A DNA stretch of 23,780 nt, taken from Ginkgo biloba (Eukaryota; Plantae; Ginkgophyta). Shown here in pieces: positions 11,383-22,660 of this stretch. The stretch spans positions 77,045,632 to 77,069,411 of the forward strand of contig JANKJI020000004.1 of NCBI GenBank assembly GCA_024626585.2, written 5' to 3'. The notes beneath the pieces are model-generated. The model did no database searches. It was not told where the DNA came from and saw only the letters and a program-made list of their open reading frames with translations. How positions within the stretch are numbered: position 1 is the first letter of the stretch; each line of letters opens with the position of its first letter. A program made the position numbers and the translations under genes.

Positions 11383-13175
11383 ANNNNNNNNNNNNNNNNN
11401 NNNNNNNNNNNNNNNNNNNNNNNNNNNNNNNNNNNNNNNNNNNNNNNNNNNNNNNNNNNNNNNNNNNNNNNNNNNNNNNNNNNTTCCAATGCCTCCATGA
11501 TGTCACATCCTTATAAAGCTTTTAAATTTTTTATTTTTATTTCCTAATTATTTGTTGAAAAGGCGCTTGTGGCTTTCTATTATAAGTTTAACCAACTAAG
11601 GTATGTTTGTTGATTGATATGCACTAGATGAGGCTTTGTTTATTACTTTGGGTGGATCTTAAGGTATTCTTGATTTATTATATTACTATCTACTACAATA
11701 AATAAATAAAAAAATCCAAGAGAATTGGAACACTCATATTGACTTAAAATAAGATTACATCTAGTGCTTTACTTGGAACCTAGATTATAGTATAAAAAAT
11801 CATAAATATGTAAGGTTCTTACTACTAATCTCTTAATGTAGGTGTGAAATATCTAGTCGATAAATGTCCAATAATAACATAAGTTTCTAGGTAGGCTTCA
11901 TGCTTAAACTTTTTTTTTTAAATATTATTTTTCCACGTTGTAAAATATTTTTGCACAATTCAGAGATTCTGTAATTTTGATACCAGGTTTCTATCGTATT
12001 ATTCCACTAGCCTATTAATACACCCATGTGAGGAATTATTAGCATATTATAATTCCACATCTATATATTTCTATACATTTCAAAATTCTAACTTTTCTTT
12101 CTAGTGCCTTCTATAATTTTGTATAATTTTCCATACTCTTTTTTTTGTGACTGACTTTCGGCTAATTGCAATGTCACTCATAGACCGTTTGTCAACGAAA
12201 TAATTCGCTCCCTTAATACATGTAAGATTTTGTGACTACAATGAATTCTATTGACTTATGTATTATTGTACACCATACATAATCCTCTCCTCTCTCCTAG
12301 ACAATAATAAAATTATCTATTTGTTACTTTAAAAAAAATAACGCATTAAAGATTTGGTCATTCAGGCAAATCTATTTTGTGTCTCTTTTTGTTCTAACCT
12401 ATTGTAAAGAAAAAGATCCCTTACTCTATATGGCCAACTAAGGGCCCCTTCAACCCTTTTCTCCTTTTATCAAACTTGCCCACCTTAAGTTTTATAACAT
12501 GTTTGAAGCTATATATGCNNNNNNNNNNNNNNNNNNNNNNNNNNNNNNNNNNNNNNNNNNNNNNNNNNNNNNNNNNNNNNNNNNNNNNNNNNNNNNNNNN
12601 NNNNNNNNNNNNNNNNNNNNNNNNNNNNNNNNNNNNNNNNNNNNNNNNNNNNNNNNNNNNNNNNNNNNNNNCATATAAGAAGTTTTTGAGTATTTACATG
12701 TTCTTTTCCTTTATTATTTCCATTCCACTCAATGTCTTATGGTGACTATATGATTCCTATAAGAAATAATTCTCATCAAACTACTTTACTTGAAAAAAGA
12801 ACCGACCATGTTAATCATTTATATAAAAAACAACTTGAAGGTTAAAATGAACTTAGGATAGGCTCTTCATAGTTTGGTTGGTTTGCAATGTGGGAAACTG
12901 ATGATGATTGTAGCATCTTAGGACATACTAAACCCTATTCAAAATTTAAAGCAAACTTATGATTAGAATTATGACAATTAATTATATATCTAGGTATTTG
13001 TTATTCTAAACTGGTGTTGTAAATAATTTGGGTGACAAAACACGAAGGCTAATCCTAATGATAGGCAAGTGGTAAAGTGCACTTTGATTGATGTTGTCCA
13101 TGGTCACAAAAGTAGGCTTGTGTAGAATCAAGAGACATGTAGAGTATTTTACCATAATTTGNNNNNNNNNNNNNN

Positions 13176-13473
13176 CAGTAAGATATCGAACTTAATTCGG
13201 TGCACATTAATAAAGCCAAAGGACGGCATTCCTTCCTTTGTAATTACGCTTGTTTGGACGGCGATGGTAGACGAGGTTTGGACCTCGTCACCCTATCTAT
13301 AGCCGTCCAGCCACGTCAGCTTCATCCAGATCTCACGCGTAGAGGTGCCTTTCACCCACCTCAGGCTATTCTACTCATACTGTCATTTTCTCAGACTCGA
13401 TGTTCGGATTCGGATGAGTTTAAAAAAACCTCCAACAGAGATAGCCGCCAACTGTGACTCGGATTTTACTTCC
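13176..13473 (+). promoter_or_regulatory. CpG-retaining putative promoter/5' UTR of the PPR (pseudo)gene
   Basis: GC and CpG content rise abruptly relative to the flanks. Contains GCCACGTCAGC (13310-13320, bZIP G/C-box type), ACGCGT (13335-13340, CAMTA-type) and an inverted TGGACGGC/GCCGTCCA pair. It lies directly upstream of the inferred PPR start. Confidence 0.5.
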
Positions 13474-14510
13474 ATGGTTTTGACCAGGTAATCAGATTGC
13501 TGATGTTGCGCACATCTCTACTTCTGCTATTAAATAACAATCCCATTGTAATACCAATAATAATGCCCATGATTGTCCACCGACATTGAAGAACTGAAAC
13601 AAGCTCACGTTCACATGATTATAATTGAATTCATCCAAAACTTCCATATTATAAATAATAATTTAACCTTATATGGCGTGGAGAATGAACACTTGTTTTT
13701 TTAATAAAATAGATGAAAGAAAGAGATGCTTTCCTATGGAATGTTATGATTAGAGCGCGTGCCATGAATGGGTTCTGTGAAGAATGGCCAGATGCAATGG
13801 GCAGGCAGATAATTAATTAAACCCACAAGGTGTGTGCTGGCTTATTAGCTCCTGGAGAGGGGATTGGAATTCATGATGGCATACTCAGAACTAGATTTGA
13901 TTTAGTTGTTTTTGTGAGTTATGTCCTCCTAGCTCTGAACGGAGTTCATGGAAATTGTGCGCCATGTGTTTGACAAAATGTTTAAACGAGAAGCGATCTC
14001 ACGCAATGCAAAAATCTGGAATGAACATTCTAATAAGGTTTTGACAAACTCTAATAAAATTCAGCCAAAAAGCATGAAACCGAACTGGTCCACCATGGTA
14101 CGTATGCCGCGGGCATATGCTTATTGAACAGGTCTGCAAGAAGGTAAGTGGGTTCCTCTTGGTTATATAATTAGACTCTATAGAAGAAGAACAATAAAAA
14201 AGCAACTAATGTTGGGGAAATCCCTTGTAAATACATAGACTAAACATGGGAGCAAGAGATTGCACGAAAATATTTGACCAAATGTGTGGAAGAATCGTGG
14301 CCTCATGGAATGCAGTGATTAGGACAAATGGAAGGGACAGGCATAGTTACCCAATATAGCAGGTAGAGATGAAATCAAACAACACACCCTTGTGTTCTAT
14401 GGTGCATGCAGTCTATCATGCCAAGTAGACGAGCATTGGCAATGCTTTGACTACATGATTTAAGATAATTACATACTGCCCAGGGCAGAACACTATGCTG
14501 ATATTTGTGT
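13474..14510 (+). pseudogene. PLS-class pentatricopeptide repeat (PPR) protein pseudogene, organellar RNA-editing factor family
   Basis: Frameshifted translation gives ordered PLS motifs: TDIEELKQAHVHMII; NKIDE-RDAFLWNVMIRARAMNGFCEE; QMQWAG; KVCAGLLAPGEGIGIHDGILRTRFDLVVFV; MEIVRHVFDKMFKREAISRNAKI; MKPNWSTMVRMPRAYAY*TGLQEGKWV-GYIIR; KSLVNT*TKHGS-EIARK-FDQMCGRIVASWNAVI; GACSLSCQVDEHWQCFDYMI*DNYILPRAEHYA (=SACSHAGLVDEG..YF..M..DY.I.P..EHYA, L2-S2). Candidate ATG at 13474 with a transit-peptide-like stretch (AHISTSAIK). Multiple stops, frameshifts and deletions. Confidence 0.93.
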
Positions 14511-15020
14511 GTTTATTAAGCAGCTTTGCAATGGTTGAATTGAGTTTTGTGTAATTAGAAGATTCTTCAAAAATGGTGTGCAGGCACACCATATTATGGT
14601 GATGTATTCCTTCAAAACTGCACACGTAGGGAGAAGAATATCCATGCCCTTGTTCTTTCTATTGTTTTTAGCGTAAAGTAAGAGCAAGTGCATGAGCAGA
14701 AGCATTATTCGCAATATTGTCTCTTCATCACATGATTTAATTGGTTTTTATTTAGATATAAATATTGGGTTTAAGGATGGGAAAAGCATGATACATGTTC
14801 CTTTCTCTCCTTATCTCTATCACACAAAAGCATGGAGATTTTATTGCAAGATATAAATGGAGGTCAGGCCATGTATGATTTATTTGTTGTTTTTATTCTT
14901 CGGAGCATGTGGGCATAGGAGATGGACAAGTCAATTTTTATAATGAACGAAAGGGCTTGAGAAACTAAGAATCCAAGTAATTTGAATGTTAGCTTATAAC
15001 ACCATGGAACCATTCCAAGA
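14511..15020 (+). pseudogene. Possible highly eroded S2/E1/E2/E+ continuation of the PPR pseudogene
   Basis: Colinear weak matches to the consensus: LLSSFAMVE..KM..ILW (LLGRAG.L.EA..KM..VW), VGRRIS..LF.L (LGERVA..LF.L), KSMIHV..SH (N.VH.F..DRSHP) and GAGAAACTA=EKL at about 14959 (HSEKLA). Confidence 0.4.
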
Positions 15021-15901
15021 GGCAACAATGAGAATGCTAGCTAGTGATATGGAATAGACTTCAAAGTTGATTGANNNNNNNNNNNNNNNNNNNNNNNNNN
15101 NNNNNNNNNNNNNNNNNNNNNNNNNAGGGTTGTACATCTCATTTAAAGACACGAACCGTCCAATGGCCTACTCATTGCCTAGTCAACTACCCTTATGGCA
15201 TGTCTTATAGATCAATCAATTCAAGCAAAATATATAATGATTAGCTATTATATCTCTTACTCATAACACATGCCTTTCATAATGAAGTCTTTTCTTTTCA
15301 TAGAATCTGTTTTGCAACGAATTAATCAATCAATCATATTCATATACACACTATATATACCCATGGCAAACGATTGTTATAATCTATTCACTTATTGCTA
15401 ATCAACACATCTCTTTAGCAAATAATCACTATAAAATATTATTTTGTTAATAATTTAATCTAGCAAAAGTTAGCCTTGTGTCAACCATAGTTTAGTATTG
15501 AGCGAATTTTAGTTAATTCTTAGCTCAAATAATCAAATCAATTTTTGGGGTTGGATCAATGTAGATTTTATTATTAGTATCATTGTTTTTTATTAGATTA
15601 GTGTAATTTTATTAATAGTTGAACGTTTGAAGTGATAAAAAGGGGTTGATGGTTGGACAAACTTGTTATTGGTTCCCTCATTTCTTTAGTATATAGTATA
15701 GATTTGATAATATGATGTAGGAGCATCACTATAGCATTCTGAAGAGGTGTGCAAATTTTTGTATGATTTAGTGGAGTCGATATAGCANNNNNNNNNNNNN
15801 NNNNNNNNNNNNNNNNNNNNNNNNNNNNNNNNNNNNNNNNNNNNNNNNNNNNNNNNNNNNNNNNNNNNNNNNNNNNNNNNNNNNNNNAATAAGGAAGTTA
15901 T

Positions 15902-17007
15902 TGTTACCCAACACACCCCATTTTCTTCTCACAAATTGGGACCTACTTTTTTGAGTAAGTTTTAAGGCACCTAGAGAGATTTTGAAACCTATATTGATGT
16001 TTTAGAATATTGAAAACGCATTGAAGGCTACCTTCATATTTCATGCCATTCTATCACCTGAACTTCAACTATAACTTTTGAAAATTTCCATTTTATCCTT
16101 TGAGTCCCATTTTCTATTGATCCACCCTCATACAATGCTGTAAAATCTCGCAACACTCTATATATTCATATTTCTCAGAGGATAAATCTCTTGGCATGAA
16201 CCTACTAAAGTTGTCTGGAAAATGCCTTAGTAATATTAAAGAGAAAAAATTGTGTTTCACTAGAATGCGCTACATAGAAAATTTCATTTTTCATATGTGT
16301 GAGATGCCTTTTACGGGGTGTGGTGAATTTTTTTGTGCGCAATCTACAAGATGACACCATGTGGCAAGGCTTTGCTCTTTCTTACCCTGCAATAGTTCAA
16401 AATTTTGAAGTGACCTCTATGAAGAGGTTGCGAGGACCAAGTCCACGAGATCATTCCACATGGTAGGATCTTATGAATTCCCTCCTCATAGAGGTTAAAA
16501 ACTTGAGAGAATTTGGTAAAAGGTCACAATCCCTGAGTGCACAAGATCATAAAATGCATTTAGATATCATGACCCACAGATAACACTATTCCAAAAGAAG
16601 ATAAGGCATCCTCAAAAGGATGTGAGTTCCAAGGGTCATGAAATATCTACATGTGTCCCCATCCCATGCACCCACAAGAAGAAAGGTGAAGGATATAGTG
16701 CTAAAAAGGCTACGGGATTCAAGTATCGAGATCTCACCATGTGGCTTGATCTTGGTTNNNNNNNNNNNNNNNNNNNNNNNNNNNNNNNNNNAAGACTAAG
16801 GCAACAATGATATAAAAGGTTATGAGGCCAAGGTCTCTAAGATCATGCTAAGTGTCATAATCTTAGGCACCCATAGGGTTGTAGGAATAAGAGGCTAAAA
16901 ATCAAGGTAGGTAAATAGTCTGAGGTCAAAGCCCCAAGATCATGCCGAGCGTCATAATCCTAAGCACTCCCAAACATATGCCATTCTAAATGGAGGATAA
17001 TGCTATA
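15902..17007 (+). mobile_element. Putative LTR of an LTR retrotransposon
   Basis: Begins TGTTACCCAACACACCCC..AAATTGGGACC, an LTR-like 5' end. It is non-coding with internal repeated AAGATCAT units and spans a small gap. Confidence 0.45.
16823..16970 (+). repeat. ~50 bp imperfect direct repeat, period ~98 bp
   Basis: TGAGGCCAAGGTCTCTAAGATCATGCTAAGTGTCATAATCTTAGGCAC (16823) versus TGAGGTCAAAGCCCCAAGATCATGCCGAGCGTCATAATCCTAAGCAC (16921). Confidence 0.85.
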
Positions 17008-18271
17008 NNNNNNNNNNNNNNNNNNNNNNNNNNNNNNNNNNNNNNNNNNNNNNNNNNNNNNNNNNNNNNNNNNNNNNNNNNNNNNNNNNNNNNNNNNNNN
17101 NNNNNNNAAGAAAGCTGGAAGAAACACTCAGAACCATAGGTTTAGGGTAATAAGGAAATAAAGGGAGATGTATCTATATCTCAAAAGAGAAAGCAGTTAG
17201 AGGAGACTGGCAAAACAAATCTAAGAAATAATACTACAATGAAGAAGATGTAGGAAAATATTTCCCATAATACACTTCGAGGTAATAAAGGAAAATATCC
17301 TCTAGAACATAGTAAAAAAGTTTCAAATCCTTATGAAGTTGAAATAGTGTAAATTAAGGATAATGAGGAATAAGAAAAAGAGAAGGAAAAAGAGTTGAAA
17401 ACGTTAGCATAGATGAAAGCCAAAAATTTAATTTTTAATGATTTGAATAGAATAACACCCGATGAATTTGTGAGATAGGACACACCATCATAGGAAAATA
17501 CCCAATTGCATCAACATACACAATAACAAGAAACTAGGCAAAAGAATGTGGTTAGGTAGAATGATGCAACTTCTTGAGAGGATGCACCTAATTAAGATAT
17601 GGAGAAAATAGGGCATATGACTGAAACTGAATCAAATGTTGAAGTACATGGTGATATCATTGTATATAAACAATGATTTATTTATTGCAGTTTGGTTATG
17701 TTATGTTATGTTTATGTAAAAGAAGAATATTCATGAGAAGGAATATTTTATTTAGGAAATGGTAGGCATTTATGCCTATAAGTAAATTGTATTATATTAT
17801 TCACTAGAGAGAGTATGTGTGAGAATAATTATTTGAATAAGAGAATGATTGATTTCTCCTTCGTCTCTATAATTAAACTATGAATGTATATTGTAATTGA
17901 AAATGAGATAGTGAATTGTGTTATGCAGAATAATGTTCCTTAATTTAGAAGGAATGTTGTTATGTTGTAAAGTGTTATGGATCTATTCTTTATGAGATAT
18001 AAGCATATACAAACACTGACCAAACTAGCATTTAAATATTGCTTCCATTTTTAAATGGAGAATAGATAGTTATTCATATAATAATTTGCTATGAAATTGT
18101 TTCCATGAATTGTTAAAGTTTTAAAAAAGAAAATTAGATCAAAGAAAAGGTTGGAGGGTATGTAGAAAAAANNNNNNNNNNNNNNNNNNNNNNNNNNNNN
18201 NNNNNNNNNNNNNNNNNNNNNNNNNNNNNNNNNNNNNNNNNNNNNNNNNNNNNNNNNNNNNNNNNNNNNNN

Positions 18272-18545
18272 TTATGATAAAATTATTGACTAAGTTTGAT
18301 GCATTCATTCTAAGTGTTTTGAAATTCCTTCTCAATGTTTATATTTTAGTTGTAACTTCTCCCTCATAAATTTCCTTCAATATATCCCATGCTTCTTTAG
18401 ATGTTTTAGCATCACTGACTTTGATAAATATATGCTCTTCCAATGCTGAGAAAATAAATGATAATTTCTCATTATCTTTCTTTACTACCTACTTTAACTC
18501 CTTTTGTTATTTTTTAGTTAAACTTACTATAGGGTCAACTACAAT
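18272..18545 (-). mobile_element. Degenerate Ty1/copia gag (UBN2/Retrotran_gag_2-type)
   Basis: Minus strand reads QKELK..KKDNEKLSF-IFSALEEHIF-KVSDAKTSKEAWDILKEIYEGEVTTKI*TLRRNFKTLRMNASNLVNNFI, the classic copia gag motif A.T.KEAWDIL..KLQTLRR.FE.L.M. Confidence 0.92.
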
Positions 18546-19759
18546 GGGNNNNNNNNNNNNNNNNNNNNNNNNNNNNNNNNNNNNNNNNNNNNNNNGACAA
18601 TAAATAATGGCCTCATTATTTAACTCTAGTTCATATAGTTTATCCTATCAAACTCTAGCACTACAATTCTCCCATTATATGTCGCCATAATTTTGAAATA
18701 GTCTTAGATGAAATCCCTCTGAGTAATCTTTCCAACGATTTAAAAAGTTCAAAAATTTAACACAGTATGTGCAATATATTAACTCTTAAGAATATCTTAG
18801 AAGACACTTGGAAAATTTGAGTTAATTTCAATAAAAAACATCTTGCTCAAATATTATCCAAAAATGGCCTTACATATACCTATTTTGAATCTTTTTGGGT
18901 TTAGATTTTAACAAAACTGATGATTTTAAAATTTGACTTTAGGTGTGAAAGTTGTAGATGAAATAGTATAGATAGGTATCTATTTTTAGAAAATATCTAT
19001 AAAAAATAATTTTCACCCCTCAGATAAAGTGCCTGGTCATGTGCAAATGCTCCATATGAACACATACTAAATGGAGGGGCATATGTGACATATTTTAAAT
19101 CACATTTTAATAGTATTAAATTTATCATAAACTTTAGAAAAAAAATATTTAAAAAAAAAATTCAAATGGCATGTTCACCTTCAACACAAATTTATTCATC
19201 ATTTATTCACTGATCGACCTCTAAATGGATTCAATGGAGTCATTGTGACTCCTACGACTTGCCCACTTTCTCAGATCTCACCTACAATCTATCCACAGTC
19301 ATCCTACATCATTTGGGATCTTCAATGGACTATCGTATTTTCCCATAACTTTGCCATGGTTGCCAAACCCTTGTTCCATTNNNNNNNNNNNNNNNNNNNN
19401 NNNNNNNNNNNNNNNNNNNNNNNNNNNNNNNNNNNNNNNNNNNNNNNNNNNNNNNNNNNNNNNNNNNNNNNNNNNNNNNNATTTTTATATATAATTTCGC
19501 TAGCAAGAAAGAAACTCAATGCATTGGAATTCTTCTAAAATCATCCCAACACTATTTTGTTAGTGATGAACAAATAATTTTATTCCAATGATATATCTTA
19601 TACTACAAAAAAGTGGCATGGATTGGTTATTTTCCATAACTAACAGTTATATTTATCTTTACCATTATACATTGCCCCAAGGATTGATTTGACTGTTTCG
19701 CTTGAGTGTATTATCCCTTTTACTNNNNNNNNNNNNNNNNNNNNNNNNNNNNGTAGTCC

Positions 19760-20290
19760 TATTAAATGCATTCATATGATAGATTTTGAATTATATTATT
19801 ATGCTAATATAATTTCTAAGTTTTCTAAGAAAAATTATAACTACATGCTTGTAAAAAATGGTAGGTTCTCTATAATGAGGTAAGACTTCATTTATCAATA
19901 TTGGAGCAAAGGATTAAAAAATCTATATTGTTGTCTCCAACATGACATATTTCTAGATATAAATAAACATAGATATCTCCTTATGAATAAATAGGTCCAA
20001 CTCAATGGGGTCATAGGCTATGGTCTTCAATTCATGGTAAATCTCAAGTCATATGGATAGAAATTTTCTTGAATGGCCTAAAATACAAAATTGAATTTGA
20101 ATGTGAGTTCATAGTTATTGGTCGATCATCTATTAATTTTTTTAGGGAATTATTCCCCTCTATGTCATTAAATTATAATTATCTTTAGTTTTCAAATAAA
20201 ATAAGGGCCTTAATTCTAAGAATATCTCAAAATATTCCAATCTCTATAAAAAAATGCCATGCTTATAAGTTAATCCTCTATAAATACATC
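19760..20290 (-). mobile_element. Possible Ty1/copia reverse transcriptase remnant
   Basis: Scattered minus-strand matches: RGLTYKHGI (ARGF.Q..GID), NIDF..FAPI (GIDF.ETFAPV) and FKIYHMN (FK.YQMDV). They are not cleanly colinear. Confidence 0.35.
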
Positions 20291-20619
20291 TGAGGATATA
20301 AATAACAAAAAATATNNNNNNNNNNNNNNNNNNNNNNNNNNNNNNNNNNNNNNNNNNNNNNNNNNNNNNNNNNNNNNNNNNNNNNNNNNNAAGCCAAATT
20401 GATTTAGCTTAAATACCCTATGTGTATATTTTTCTCCTTTTTCTGTTATTATCCAAGTTTCTAATCCTCTTACCCAGGTATGAAATCTTGCTAGAAGGAT
20501 ACAATTACTACTAGGATTGGTTATTTTTCTATTTTTATTCTATTCATGTTATTTTTTACATACTTAATTTTTATCTAACTAGTAGTGTTATTAGGTGACT
20601 AATGATGTTAGATTAAGAA

Positions 20620-21050
20620 GATGATATATAGGGGAAGAAAAATATTGGATGATTGACAAGTGACCATATAATGACCTACATTTTATTATGTATTATAAAA
20701 CAATAATTATAATTAAAAATATGTTAAGAAATAACTGATGAAATTTCCTCTCTTAATGTGTGTTGATAAGGTTGATAACTTTTTGCTAGGGGATCTAGTT
20801 CAATAAAAATAATTACGTTGAAAGAAACACACACACACACATATTTAAGAAGATGTATTCAATGTTATCCTATGGGATTACTCTTAATTAGGTGATCTAG
20901 GTATCAACTCATACTTTCTTAACTTATCTCTAGTGAATCCCTTAGGAGGTGTCTATTGTAGATGATAAAGAATCCTTTAAAGAAATTAAGCATCATTGGC
21001 GAAGGTATTTAATAATACTCTAAGTTGATGTTTTTCTTTTTTGAAAGCCC
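20620..21050 (+). mobile_element. Possible Ty1/copia protease remnant
   Basis: YWMID resembles copia W.IDSG, followed at plausible spacing by GSSSIKIITLKE..EDVFNV (G.G.I.I......DV..VP). Heavily eroded. Confidence 0.3.
20827..20840. repeat. (AC)7 microsatellite
   Basis: ACACACACACACAC read directly. Confidence 0.9.
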
Positions 21051-22239
21051 CTTATTTATATATCATCAAATTATTTGGTGATGACATNNNNNNNNNNNNN
21101 NNNNNNNNNNNNNNNNNNNNNNNNNNNNNNNNNNNNNNNNNNNNNNNNNNNNNNNNNNNNNNNNNNNNNNNNNNNNNNNNNNNNNNNAATTCGAAGGGTT
21201 AGGAAGTTGAATGTTAAGGGTCATCTAGAATGTAAAGGGTCAGAACTAAAGGGTCATGATAATGTCTTTATATTGGATATGTTGATAATTTTGTATTATC
21301 TATCCCTAGTCAAAGTAGGTCCCTAGTGCTAATTTATAATGTGTAAGTTAATGCCACAATAATAAAAGATTATTTCTCCAATATGTTATGTGTCTTTATT
21401 ATGTTGTAATATGTACTCTTACCTTTCAAAATTTCTATAAGGGATTCCCTTTACACCAAAATCAATAAGAACTTATAATTAGGAGATTAATTTACCCTTT
21501 AAAGATAACACCTATGTTTAAGAATGATTTTGGTGATAGGAAGGTTTCACCCCTACATATCTAGTTAACTAATGCTATTAGTACTCTAAAAGAAAATGAG
21601 TAGTTATTTAAAAAAATATACTCCTTTTATTTGTCTTATAATCTGAAAGATTGGGTGTGCATGGATGTCATGGTTATTTACTTATAATTATTCAATAATG
21701 AAATATAATACACATTCTTTTATAATATTTTGATAATTAAAAGCACAAAACTATGTTAATAAGTAAAAAGAATGTAGAAAAATCAATTTTGTTATTTTTT
21801 GGACAAATGTTAGAATATGTATAAAAAATGTAAAGGTTGATTCTTAATAATTTTTCCTTTTAAAACTTATGTGAAATTTCCCTCTCAGGATAAAGTTGTA
21901 AACTTTTACATCTAGCAAGTTAAATTAGTGGAAAATAATAGAAAAAATTTACACTAATTAGATNNNNNNNNNNNNNNNNNNNNNNNNNNTCTATAGTTTT
22001 AAATGTGCTATAATCTCATGCAAAATTAAACATCAAATAATCTTAATCAGCAAGTGTCCATGCATACTCAATGATAGATTTTAAAACTTGAGAATTTAGG
22101 ACCTCCTCAAAGTTAGATGATAGTCTTGGACTATGTTTTGATTGAATTTGACTTAAAATATAATTATAAATATAAATGCATGCATTTAAGAAAAAAAAAT
22201 AATAATCTTTTTTATTTTATAAAAAGTTCTAAGATAATA

Positions 22240-22660
22240 TACATACTACTCTTGGAGCATAAGGATTGGTTTAAGACCAAAGTGGATGGATCCTTAGTAT
22301 GGTCATTATTTTGTTAGATGTAGGATTGTCATTGATCTAACAAGCATTTTGTCGTGCAAATAATAAGTATGACTTAAATTAGTAATATGCCCTTGCATAT
22401 ATATTATTTAAAATTAACCATAAGATTATTAGAATAAATTATATGGATAGGTGTGAAGATCACTTACTCAATCTAAATTCGTTTGAATCATAAGGAAACG
22501 TTGCCTATTAGACTTTATAAGAATTAAGTGCAACCACAAAAGATTAAGATTCTTGCAAAGTAATTGGCCAATTATTAACAAGACATAACATCAATATATT
22601 CATTACACATTAATGGCTAAAGGAAATGATTCTTAATTTTTATTAATTGAACTAAAAAAT
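22240..22660 (+). mobile_element. Possible plant LINE (L1-like) RNase H domain remnant
   Basis: ORF 22117-22317 contains DWFKTKVDGS (RVT_3 motif GW.K.N.DGS). Downstream weak matches include ATATGGATA..GATCACTT (WIEGDSL-like) and IH....KGN (I.H.YREGN). Confidence 0.45.

Noticed and set aside
13255-13309. Hairpin as pre-miRNA, tRNA or intrinsic terminator
   Set aside because: The stem is too short and interrupted for a 21-nt miRNA duplex. There is no cloverleaf or T-loop and no U-tract.
13200-13457. 85-aa ORF in the GC-rich island as a small protein or uORF
   Set aside because: It starts at GTG and has no recognisable motif. The open frame is explained by locally higher GC.
13999-14714. Minus-strand ORFs of 68-73 aa
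   Set aside because: They are antisense shadows of the + strand PPR pseudogene.
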